Below the pieces are notes generated by a model. That model did not search any database and was not told the origin of the DNA. It was given only the letters and a program-made list of their open reading frames with translations. From contig CALVLC010000024.1 of assembly GCA_944336335.1 (NCBI GenBank), positions 1-55,925 of the forward strand: DNA of 55,925 bases, written 5' to 3'. Shown here in pieces: positions 22,338 to 30,627 of this stretch (positions are counted from its first letter, which is position 1; every line of letters starts with the position of its first letter). Position numbers and translations under genes: made by a program. The stretch comes from an uncultured Bacilli bacterium. Its GTDB lineage: Bacteria > Bacillota_I > Bacilli_A > RFN20 > CAG-826.

Positions 22338-23229
22338 ACTCTTTCCTCAACTTTGATTCGATATATTCTTTAAGTGAAAAATCGTATTCAGAAATTCGCT
22401 TAATTTTATAGTTATTAAATCTTTTTAAAAAACGATTAATATCGCATTTTTTGACAATATAAAAAAGCTCGTTTTTAGCAATATTCGTTTTAAAACATTT
22501 TGACTCAAAGTTTTCACGTGAAAACTCTTCTTTATCCTCAAATGTAACTTTAAATACACGAATTTCGTCTTCTTTTAAATGAGTAATATCTATATCAATT
22601 ACAATCTTGCCTTCGCTTAAATAAATTACTCGATCACACACTCTCTCAATTTCTTCAAAAGTATTAGAAGACATTAAAATACCTTTGCCTAATTTCTTCT
22701 CTTCTTCTAAAATTTCAATAAATGCTTCCCTCATCAAAGGATCAAGTCCTGTAGTTGGCTCGTCTAAAAGATATAACTCTTTATCTTTAGCAAAGGCATT
22801 AACAATGGCCATTTTTTGTTTCATGCCTTTAGACATTCTTTTAGGATAAGCACTTATATCTAGCTGAAGTTTATTAATAAAATAGTTAGCTTTTTCTTTA
22901 TTAAAAGAAGAATCATATTCAGCTTGAAGATTTAAAAAATCACTACCCGTTTTTAAATCAGGATAGTTTATTTCTCCTGGCACATATCCTAAAAATTCTT
23001 TTATCTTTTCTTGATTATTAAATGGTTCAAAATTGTTAACAAAAAGATTTCCTTTATCTGGCTTAATAAAGCCCATTAACGTTCTCATTAAAGTGGATTT
23101 ACCTGCCCCATTTTCTCCAATAAGTCCGCAAAACTCACCTTTTTTTAAATTAAAAGATACATCAAATAACCCACGTTTATTCTTATAATCTTTGATAATA
23201 TTTTTGACTACAATAACATCTTCTATCAT
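22318..23229 (-). CDS. ABC transporter ATP-binding protein
   Basis: GENGAGKS, MSKGMKQK, LLDEPTTGLD. Confidence 0.95.
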   Translation of the reverse strand: MIEDVIVVKNIIKDYKNKRGLFDVSFNLKKGEFCGLIGENGAGKSTLMRTLMGFIKPDKGNLFVNNFEPFNNQEKIKEFLGYVPGEINYPDLKTGSDFLNLQAEYDSSFNKEKANYFINKLQLDISAYPKRMSKGMKQKMAIVNAFAKDKELYLLDEPTTGLDPLMREAFIEILEEEKKLGKGILMSSNTFEEIERVCDRVIYLSEGKIVIDIDITHLKEDEIRVFKVTFEDKEEFSRENFESKCFKTNIAKNELFYIVKKCDINRFLKRFNNYKIKRISEYDFSLKEYIESKLRKEYGEEKK

Positions 23230-24158
23230 ACGCCTGCAAAAGTCTTACCTTCATTATAAAAACTTAAAAACTTTTCTTCTAAAGTGACTTTAACCTCTTT
23301 AAAATCAGTAATTTTGTGTTTAGTTAAGATACTAAGAAATTTGTCTGTGTCATTAGCGTTAATGCTTATTTTAACTTCTAATCTATCCTTATGAACTTCG
23401 TTAAAAGTATATAACCTAAAATTTCTTAAAAAAGAATTAAGGCCATTAAGAGATGCAAAAGTTATTAAATAAGTTTTAGTCGTGGAATCCAAAAAATCAC
23501 TTTCAGCAAATTCAGAAACAATTTTCCCATCTTTAATTATTCCAATTCGATTACATGTATCATGAACTTCATTAAATAAATGCGAAGAAAAAAGAATTGT
23601 TTTTCCTCTTCTTTTCTCTTCATTAATGAAATTAATAAATTCCTGTTGCATTCCAATATCTAAACCACTAGTTGGTTCATCTAAAATCAAAATATCAGGG
23701 TCATTCATAAAGCAATTTAAAATTGCTAATCGTCTTTTCATGCCTAGAGACATTTCAGAGCAGCGTAAGTCTAAAACAACATTAAACCTTTTTATTATTT
23801 TTTCGGCAAAGTCAAAATTTTCAATTCTTTTTAGGTGAGCTTGCATCTTATAAAACTCATATCCTGTTAAGCCTAATGGCAAAGCTATTTCACCTGGTAA
23901 ATAACCAACTTCCATAAAAATTTTATCATGATATTGAATTGGATCTTGCCCATTTATTAAACATTTTCCACTATCAGGTTTAGAAAAGCCCATTAGATGT
24001 CGAATTGTTGTGCTTTTACCAGCGCCATTAGGTCCTAAAAAACCATAACAATCGCCACTATTTATTGTGAAAGAAATATCAAAAACCCCTCTACCATGTC
24101 CGTAATTTTTAACAAAATTAATTACTTCAATTTTATTGACATTCTCTATATCTTTCAT
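23226..24158 (-). CDS. ABC transporter ATP-binding protein
   Basis: GPNGAGKS, MSLGMKRR, ILDEPTSGLD, SSH. Confidence 0.95.
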   Translation of the reverse strand: MKDIENVNKIEVINFVKNYGHGRGVFDISFTINSGDCYGFLGPNGAGKSTTIRHLMGFSKPDSGKCLINGQDPIQYHDKIFMEVGYLPGEIALPLGLTGYEFYKMQAHLKRIENFDFAEKIIKRFNVVLDLRCSEMSLGMKRRLAILNCFMNDPDILILDEPTSGLDIGMQQEFINFINEEKRRGKTILFSSHLFNEVHDTCNRIGIIKDGKIVSEFAESDFLDSTTKTYLITFASLNGLNSFLRNFRLYTFNEVHKDRLEVKISINANDTDKFLSILTKHKITDFKEVKVTLEEKFLSFYNEGKTFAGV

Positions 24159-24164
24159 ATAATA

Positions 24165-24198
24165 AATTTACTACAGTTAATTATTTAACTCAAGTTAA
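24165..24198 (-). promoter_or_regulatory. Promoter of the ABC operon with overlapping candidate TetR operator
   Basis: TTGAGT-N17-TAAATT 6 nt before the ATG; palindromes GTTAA-N4-TTAAC (24176-24189) and TTAAC-N4-GTTAA (24185-24198). Confidence 0.5.
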
Positions 24199-24215
24199 TC
24201 TAAAAGGGGTTTACA

Positions 24216-24764
24216 ATGGATTCCAGAAGAAGTCGAACTAAACATATAATAGCTAAAGCATTCATAAGTCTTTTGAATGAAAAAGATTACGATTCAGTTA
24301 GAATTATTGAAATTTGCGAAAAAGCAATGTTATCAAAAGTGACTTTTTACAATAATTTCAAAAACAAAAGACAACTTCTAAATTACATTTTGCTTAATTT
24401 TGAAGACAAAATTAAAAAGGAGATTTCTGAATTTTCGTCTCGTCGTCAATCCACAAAAGATGCTATTTACGGAATTGTGAAAATTACATACAGAAATATT
24501 TTAAACAATCAAGATATGCTTCAAAAACTCTTACTTTCTAGAAATGCTTCCATAGCGTTTTTAGAATTGAGAGACTTTATTTATGTAGAAATCTTAAAGA
24601 ACGTTAATTCTTTACAACCTGAAGATAAAAGAAAAATACCAAAGGAATATTTCGCAGCATTTTATAGTGGCGCAATTGCAAGCATTCTACCGATGATTCT
24701 TACTACTTCAATAGATAAAGGCCCTATTTTAGATGAATCATTGCTAGTAAAATTGTTTAGTTAA
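24216..24764 (+). CDS. TetR/AcrR family transcriptional regulator
   Basis: N-terminal HTH (RTKHIIAKAF..ICEKAMLSKVTFYNNFKNK); divergent from the ABC operon. Confidence 0.92.
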   Translation: MDSRRSRTKHIIAKAFISLLNEKDYDSVRIIEICEKAMLSKVTFYNNFKNKRQLLNYILLNFEDKIKKEISEFSSRRQSTKDAIYGIVKITYRNILNNQDMLQKLLLSRNASIAFLELRDFIYVEILKNVNSLQPEDKRKIPKEYFAAFYSGAIASILPMILTTSIDKGPILDESLLVKLFS

Positions 24765-24856
24765 TACTCTATCCTTCCTGAAATTATCCGATATTTTTGC
24801 GTACATTTATTTTTGAATGACACATTTTCTTGTTTAAACTTTAGTTAACAAATTTG

Positions 24857-24885
24857 TTGCATTGTGCTTTTTACTTGTGTAACAT
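24857..24885 (+). promoter_or_regulatory. Probable promoter of tRNA-Thr
   Basis: TTGCAT-N17-TAACAT, 11 nt upstream of the tRNA. Confidence 0.55.
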
Positions 24886-24896
24886 AATAGAGTCTC

Positions 24897-24970
24897 GCAA
24901 TAGTAGTTAAATGGTATAACGGATCCATGGTAAGGATCTATTCGTAGTTCGATTCTGCGCTATTGCACCA
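24897..24970 (+). tRNA. tRNA-Thr(GGT)
   Basis: GCAATAG/CTATTGC acceptor, GATCC-AT GGT AA-GGATC anticodon arm, CGTAG-TTCGATT-CTGCG T arm, ACCA. Confidence 0.95.
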
Positions 24971-24982
24971 CATTATGTATCG

Positions 24983-25005
24983 AAGACTGGGAGACCAGTC
25001 TTTTT
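24983..25005 (+). terminator. Intrinsic terminator after tRNA-Thr
   Basis: AAGACTGG-GAGA-CCAGTCTT running into a T tract. Confidence 0.85.
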
Positions 25006-25068
25006 ATGTGGTGCATAGCGCAGTATCGAAACCCTTCCCAATCTACAGCCTTATACCATTTAACTACT
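25006..25068 (-). pseudogene. Inverted tRNA-Thr-derived sequence lacking the anticodon arm
   Basis: Minus strand AGTAGTTAAATGGTATAA (exact D-arm copy), then 20 unrelated nt, then TTCGATACTGCGCTATGCACCACAT (T loop, 3' acceptor strand, CCA). Confidence 0.75.
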
Positions 25069-25154
25069 TCCATGTTCGACTCCTTCCTTAAAATAATAGA
25101 AACAGAAAGTTTGAACAAGATTGAACCTATCGGATTTTCCTCTTCATTTATATT

Positions 25155-26438
25155 TTAAAATAGACTCAACTGTTCGTGTCTTTCTTGTCTGACAAATTTT
25201 TTAGGGTTTAATTTACATGTTTTAATGCAGTAATTTAACAAATTTTTAGCTGCATTAATATCTCTATCAGCTTTAAAACCACATTCACATTCAATTTCAT
25301 CTTTAAAAGCATCCCAATTATGCATTTCTTTATGCAGTTTTCCACAGTTCGAACAAATTTGACTAGATTTAAAATATCTATCTGCCTTAATTAAGGTTCT
25401 ATTATATTTACTGGCCTTTATTTCAAGAGCATGAAAGAAAGACGAGAGCCTCGACTTATTCACTTGTGTTCTCAAATTTATATTTTCATACATTTCTTCG
25501 ATTGAAATGTTTTCAATACAAATATACTGGTATTTCTTGCATATAACTTCAGCAATCTGATTATATTGATATATCCTATAGTTCGTTAATTTTTCAAAAG
25601 CTCTTGTTAATTTATATAGTAATCTTTTAACATTTTTAGAATTTTTATTATTACCATTCTTTTTTAAAGTTTCACGATAAAATTGCCTTATTTTGACTAT
25701 TCGGTCCATTCCGGAATCAAGAACTTTTTTATCTAAATTATATTTAGCAATACTTTCATCAGAACCTGCCACAGTAATATTTGTTCTTATGCCAACATCA
25801 ATTCCACAAGCTAGAGCTTCAGGACTAACATCTTCTCTTCTTTTATAATAAATACATCTTAAATAGTATCTACCTTCTGATTTAATAAGAACAAACTTGT
25901 TGTAATTCCTAGAGTTCAAGTTTTTAGGCCTTACTTTAATCTTAATAGAACGTAAATTAAAAACGGCGTGGTTATCGATAATTTTTAACGATCTTCCAGT
26001 TAATTTAATAACTTCTTTTTCATACTCAATAATCGAATAATTCGGTTGTTTTTTAACATAATTTCGCAACTTTTTGCTTTCAAAAAGTGAAAATGCTCTG
26101 TCCGCAACATTAGCAAAATGATCTAAATAAAGATAATTAGAAAAAGTATATCTTTTAGATTCTCTAAATTTTTTAAACATTCCAAAAACAAAAGGTCTTA
26201 GTTCACTACTTGGAATATTGTTATAATATGGATTATAAGCCACAAAACGAGTTTTGATTTCTTTATATACGTACTTTTTTAACCTATGATAAAAATCAAA
26301 TTCACGATCAAGAAATTTCACTTCTTTTTTTGTTGGATAAAGTCGATATGTATCAACTTTTAAATAAATCGGTTCTCTCATAATATTTTTTAAGATAGGC
26401 AACATTGCGCGATAACATCGCTTAGTTTCTTCAACCAT
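25155..26438 (-). CDS. tnpB: TnpB/Cas12f-like RNA-guided endonuclease, catalytic triad intact (paralog A)
   Basis: YRLYPT N-terminal motif, RuvC-I GIDVG (D214), RuvC-II ICIEN (E309), SSQICSNCG..CECG zinc finger, RuvC-III DRDINAAKNL (D393). Start may be Met20 (26381) by comparison with the paralog. Confidence 0.92.
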   Translation of the reverse strand: MVEETKRCYRAMLPILKNIMREPIYLKVDTYRLYPTKKEVKFLDREFDFYHRLKKYVYKEIKTRFVAYNPYYNNIPSSELRPFVFGMFKKFRESKRYTFSNYLYLDHFANVADRAFSLFESKKLRNYVKKQPNYSIIEYEKEVIKLTGRSLKIIDNHAVFNLRSIKIKVRPKNLNSRNYNKFVLIKSEGRYYLRCIYYKRREDVSPEALACGIDVGIRTNITVAGSDESIAKYNLDKKVLDSGMDRIVKIRQFYRETLKKNGNNKNSKNVKRLLYKLTRAFEKLTNYRIYQYNQIAEVICKKYQYICIENISIEEMYENINLRTQVNKSRLSSFFHALEIKASKYNRTLIKADRYFKSSQICSNCGKLHKEMHNWDAFKDEIECECGFKADRDINAAKNLLNYCIKTCKLNPKKFVRQERHEQLSLF

Positions 26439-26460
26439 AACGCGCCAATCGCGCGCTTAT
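26405..26460 (-). ncRNA. Candidate structured RNA/ssDNA element at the 5' end of tnpB paralog A
   Basis: GC-rich island with hairpins ATAAGCGCGC-GATTG-GCGCGTTAT and GCGAT-GTT-ATCGC; shares blocks with 27885-27937. Confidence 0.45.
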
Positions 26461-26652
26461 TTACTTTCTTTTAAAAGATTTCAATTAATAAATATAAATT
26501 AAATAAAATGCCTAGTAGAGGTTATTAATGAACAAAAGTAAGAAGAAAAATAGATTCTAATATTTTAAATTTTGAGATAGCACTAAAGCACATCAGCTTA
26601 ATTAATGCTGTTTCTTCGTTTTATTTATTAAACATAAATTCATTGATGTTTT

Positions 26653-27855
26653 TTAGAAAAGCTCAAGTTGTTTTACATTCTCTTTTTTGAAGAAAAAACG
26701 GTTTTTCAATCCACATTTATTAATTAAATAAGAAAGAAGATTAATTCCGGCGTTTAAATCTTTATCAACTGTTGCCCCACAATCACAATGTAAAATGTTT
26801 GATGAATCATCATGAGTTAAAGCTCCGCATTCATGACAAATTTTTCCAATATCATATCCTAAATCGACATAAACTATTTTGGTGTTAAACTTTTCCGTAT
26901 AATGATTCAAGCTTTTATAAAATTCATTAAATAAGTATTTTTCAATAATTGTTTTCTGACTATTATTATAAAAATAGTTAAGATTTGCAGGTTTTTGTAT
27001 AGAAATATAATCGTATTTTTTAACAATATCTAATATCACTCTAGTATATTTTTGCCTTATTTTTCTTCTTAATTTTTCATAACAATCATCCGATTTTCTT
27101 TCTAGACGTAAAACATTATTTGATCTAAATCCACCATTATGCTTAAGACATTGTTTATGATATGTAGCAATTTTTACTAGGCGATCAATATTATAACTTT
27201 CACTCTTAAGTTCAAGATTATAAGTGGTGAAATTGTTATTTGAATCATAAACTTTAATTGATGAAAAATCACTAATAACAATTGAAGCTTCAATTTCCTC
27301 TTTTGCGTCTAAAATCTTTTCTTTATACGTTTGCCCAAATAGATAAAATTCATTATTTCTTTTCTCAACATAAAGATATCGGAAATTTCTAAAATTTTTA
27401 TTTTTAGGACTGATTTTTCCCTTTATTTTGCAGTTTAGGAACTCAACATTTTGCCATCCCATTTTAAAACTTTCTCGATCAAAACGAATTACACTACTTG
27501 AATTATAAAATGGATAATTTGTAAGTTTGACTTCTTCTTTATCTTTTTTAAGTTCAAACCTTTGAAACATTTTGAAAGATGCGAAATCAAAATGGTCAAT
27601 ATATGAATAGGAAGAGAAATCATAACGCTTACTTTCTTTAAATCTTTTTATAATTCCATATACGAGTGGTCTTAAAGAAGATGGTGCTATCCTTTTTTCA
27701 CCACCTGTAATATTGAATTTTTCTTTAATCTTTTTAGTCAAAAATTTTGTTAAACGGTCTAGAAATCTGAATTCTCGATCTAATTTTGCCTTTTCCTCTT
27801 TCGTCAAAATTAGACGAAAATGTTCAAAGTCCATATAAATATTGTCTAATTTCAT
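26653..27855 (-). CDS. TnpB-like protein, predicted nuclease-dead (paralog B)
   Basis: Collinear with paralog A (LDREF, LRP, ESKRY.FS.Y.Y.DHF, DR.VKI); zinc finger CHEC..CDCG and DKDLNAGINL kept, but RuvC-I reads ASIVISD and RuvC-II reads ISIQK. Confidence 0.85.
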   Translation of the reverse strand: MKLDNIYMDFEHFRLILTKEEKAKLDREFRFLDRLTKFLTKKIKEKFNITGGEKRIAPSSLRPLVYGIIKRFKESKRYDFSSYSYIDHFDFASFKMFQRFELKKDKEEVKLTNYPFYNSSSVIRFDRESFKMGWQNVEFLNCKIKGKISPKNKNFRNFRYLYVEKRNNEFYLFGQTYKEKILDAKEEIEASIVISDFSSIKVYDSNNNFTTYNLELKSESYNIDRLVKIATYHKQCLKHNGGFRSNNVLRLERKSDDCYEKLRRKIRQKYTRVILDIVKKYDYISIQKPANLNYFYNNSQKTIIEKYLFNEFYKSLNHYTEKFNTKIVYVDLGYDIGKICHECGALTHDDSSNILHCDCGATVDKDLNAGINLLSYLINKCGLKNRFFFKKENVKQLELF

Positions 27856-27864
27856 TGTTTAAAT

Positions 27865-27946
27865 GAGTATTATTATAAAAGTTGTTGTGTGTTTCCACTT
27901 AGCATCTTCTGCCTTAACGCCTCAACCATGCGCTTATAATAACCTC
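27865..27946 (-). ncRNA. Candidate structured RNA leader of tnpB paralog B
   Basis: Closing stem GAGGTTATTATAA..TTATAATAATACTC enclosing ATAAGCGC-ATGGTTGA..CTAA-GTG-GAAA-CAC-ACAA. Confidence 0.45.
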
Positions 27947-28017
27947 TTAATTCCTCCTTTCACTAATATAAAGGAGTTTGTTTCAAAAAAATTAAAAGAT
28001 TTTTAAAAAAAATTAAA

Positions 28018-30624
28018 CTATTCATTATTTCTTAAAATTTCAATTGGTTTATTTCTTTTGATGACTATATAAGGGATTAATAAAGCAATTAAAATATAGA
28101 GCAAGATGAATAAAGCTAAAACAATGGTTGAAGCAAAATTATAATATAAGAAATTTAAGCCTGGTAAAGCACCATATCCTAAATAGCGTTCGACGCTTTC
28201 AATTAATATTCCATTACAAAGGTTATTTCCTAAATAAGTTCCAATAAAAAGAAAGGCACAAGATAAAATCATCATCACAATCAATGTATTAACATAAAGT
28301 TTATTAATTTGTGAGATTTGTAATCCTAAAGCCCTAAAGATTCCAATATTGCTCTTATCTTTTCTTAAAATAAGGAAAACTACTAAAATAACAAAGAAAA
28401 ACGCAAGAACAAGCATTACAATTAATAGAATTTGGAATATATCAGCAAAAAGCAAAATAACTTCTTCAGCTCTAAAATAAACCATATCCATTAGATATTG
28501 AGAACTTAACTCTTTTTCTCTCATCAAACTTATAAGTTCATCGCTCAAATTATAATCTTCAAAATATAGTCTAATCGGTGTATAAGATGCTAGTAAAATC
28601 TCTTTAAATAATTCGGGCGAGACATATATTTTCTCCACACCGGTTAAAGGAAACAAGTTTATAATTTTCAGATTATCGTAAGAAATTTTTGGAGAATCAG
28701 AGAAATAGCTTGTAAAACTTCTTAACGTGATATTGGCATTTTTATATTCATTTTCATCAACCTCAGAAATATTCTTGTAATCTTTATCTGTTAAAATATT
28801 TAGAAGGTCCAAATTTAACTTAATTTCATTGCCTTTGATATCGTGGTCAAAACTTATTCTTAAGTCAGTGAAATCAAATTGTATTTCTTTGTCATTAAAT
28901 ACAATATTATTTTTATTAAAATAGGCATCGAATTTTAAATCGTCGCCCTGCAGCACTAAATCAACATAATCATTAATAAAATTAGGATTTATGCTAAATA
29001 AAGACGAATAATAATCAAATAGCTCATCATAAAACGCAGAAGCATCGTTTACTTCATCCCCATGTTCAATAATTTCAGAAATTTCACTAGCAAATTTTTC
29101 TTCATAATTAGTATCAATAACTGCATCCACTTTAAGCCCAAAATCAAATTCAAAATTTAAAATTTCTTCGTAGGTGGTAGGTGGTGCTACAGAGGAAAAT
29201 TTATCATACGCAAAGCAATCGGCCATATAATCAGTAATTATTACACCGGCAGAATGCTCTTTAATTTCTCCTGCCGCAAGAGTCAATTCACCCTTTTCAT
29301 TACCAAATAATTTTTTTAAATAGTTTAAATCACAAATAATCGCTCCATTTGTTTGATTATATAAATATGGACGTGAAATGTAAGACTTTTTTCCTGATTG
29401 TCTTTCGCGTGCGCCATAATAGAATAAAGAAACTGGATACATTTTATAAACTTTTCCATCATAACTTTTTTCTATTTCATCAATGTCACTTTCGGGAATT
29501 TCTTCAAGAGAAGTAATTCCTTTTTCTTCTTCGCTGATGGTTTTATATTTTCCAAAAACTGGAGCAGAACCATTTCCATACATTTCTAGTGCATAGTTTT
29601 GTCTACTTTCTTCACAGTTATAAATCGACAAATTATATCCAATATTTCCTACAACAAGTAAAAATGCAACTATAAAGCTCATCAAAACAACAAAAAAAGA
29701 TCTCTTGAGCAAAAATTTATAACTATATTTAAAAAGTCCAGCACCTTTAATTTTATTAACGCTAACTTCTTCACTTTTATAATTTTCACTTTTCGTAGTA
29801 GAAAAGTTATAGCCGTTTTGATAAATATGAGTGTTTGGATTCTTCGAATAATAATTTAATAATTTTAATTCGTTATAATTTAAAGATTTGTTGAATGGAA
29901 GGTATGAATTCCCATAACTATCAACAAAAAAAGCATTTTTCTGACTTCCATTTTTGCTTAAATCACTAATAATTTTTCCATCTTGTAATGTAATAATTCT
30001 ATCTGCATAACTATATGCATCATCTTGATTGTGGGTCACCATTACAATCAACATTTCTTTCGAATATTTTTCGAGGATATTCAAAATCAAAAGCGATGTG
30101 CTATGATCGACATTGCCAGTTGGTTCATCAGCAAAAAGCACCCTTGGTTTTTTAATAAGTGCTCTCAACAAGGAAACCCTAGCCCTTTCTCCTGCTGAAA
30201 GTTCACTTGGATACTTTTTTAAATAATCTTCGTGAAGTCCAAATTCTTTTAAATAATCTCGAAAAACCTGCAAATCTAAGGTTTTTTCTGAAATATCAAG
30301 TACGATTTTTAAGTTGTCTAATACTGTAAGCTCTTCTACTAAAGCATCGCGCTGAAAAGCGAATCCGAAATCGGTATTTCTTAAAACTGTTTTTTCTTTT
30401 TCACTTAATGCATCGTAATCTAGACCATTATAAGAAATTTTTCCTTTTGTTTTTGCATCTAATGTTGAAAGAACATTTAAAAAAGTTGACTTTCCGCAAC
30501 CTGATTTACCTAAAACAATAACAAAACCTTTGTTTGGTAAAGTTAATGAAACATTAGATAAAGCCACCGTCTTTATCTTTTTTGTACTATTATATATTTT
30601 TGTTAAATCTTCAATTTGAAGCAT
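28018..30624 (-). CDS. ABC transporter ATPase-permease fusion (MacB/FtsX-like)
   Basis: GKSGCGKS, LSAGE, FADEPTG, VTH; C-terminal IGIFRALG FtsX motif and TM helices. Confidence 0.9.
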   Translation of the reverse strand: MLQIEDLTKIYNSTKKIKTVALSNVSLTLPNKGFVIVLGKSGCGKSTFLNVLSTLDAKTKGKISYNGLDYDALSEKEKTVLRNTDFGFAFQRDALVEELTVLDNLKIVLDISEKTLDLQVFRDYLKEFGLHEDYLKKYPSELSAGERARVSLLRALIKKPRVLFADEPTGNVDHSTSLLILNILEKYSKEMLIVMVTHNQDDAYSYADRIITLQDGKIISDLSKNGSQKNAFFVDSYGNSYLPFNKSLNYNELKLLNYYSKNPNTHIYQNGYNFSTTKSENYKSEEVSVNKIKGAGLFKYSYKFLLKRSFFVVLMSFIVAFLLVVGNIGYNLSIYNCEESRQNYALEMYGNGSAPVFGKYKTISEEEKGITSLEEIPESDIDEIEKSYDGKVYKMYPVSLFYYGARERQSGKKSYISRPYLYNQTNGAIICDLNYLKKLFGNEKGELTLAAGEIKEHSAGVIITDYMADCFAYDKFSSVAPPTTYEEILNFEFDFGLKVDAVIDTNYEEKFASEISEIIEHGDEVNDASAFYDELFDYYSSLFSINPNFINDYVDLVLQGDDLKFDAYFNKNNIVFNDKEIQFDFTDLRISFDHDIKGNEIKLNLDLLNILTDKDYKNISEVDENEYKNANITLRSFTSYFSDSPKISYDNLKIINLFPLTGVEKIYVSPELFKEILLASYTPIRLYFEDYNLSDELISLMREKELSSQYLMDMVYFRAEEVILLFADIFQILLIVMLVLAFFFVILVVFLILRKDKSNIGIFRALGLQISQINKLYVNTLIVMMILSCAFLFIGTYLGNNLCNGILIESVERYLGYGALPGLNFLYYNFASTIVLALFILLYILIALLIPYIVIKRNKPIEILRNNE

Positions 30625-30627
30625 AGT

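Larger units (their letters stand above)
24786..25135. repeat. Gapped inverted repeat of about 350 bp centred on the tRNA-Thr terminator
   Basis: Five nested complementary blocks (8, 15, 5, 18 and about 26 bp) in collinear order; coordinates in findings. Confidence 0.85.

Noticed and set aside
25006-25068. Functional second tRNA or attL/attR site
   Set aside because: No anticodon arm or paired acceptor stem; orientation is inverted rather than direct; no integrase nearby.
24960-25073. 37-aa minus-strand ORF MEVVKWYKAVDWEGFRYCAMHHIKRLVSQSSIHNVVQ with AAGGAAGGAG 7 nt upstream
   Set aside because: Built from the tRNA-derived blocks and the terminator, and ends antisense inside tRNA-Thr; no family resemblance. 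Not called, although Ribo-seq could rescue it.
24772-25095. Direct repeat TCCTTCCT(G/T)AAA at about 24772 and 25081 as a target-site duplication
   Set aside because: Short, low-complexity and not at the boundaries of the inverted repeat or the tnpB pair.
24765-28017. CRISPR array or IS200/IS605 transposase accompanying the TnpB/Cas12f-like genes
   Set aside because: No regularly spaced direct repeats and no HUH/Y1 or serine-recombinase ORF in the three intergenic gaps, so the locus is not called as CRISPR or as an intact IS.
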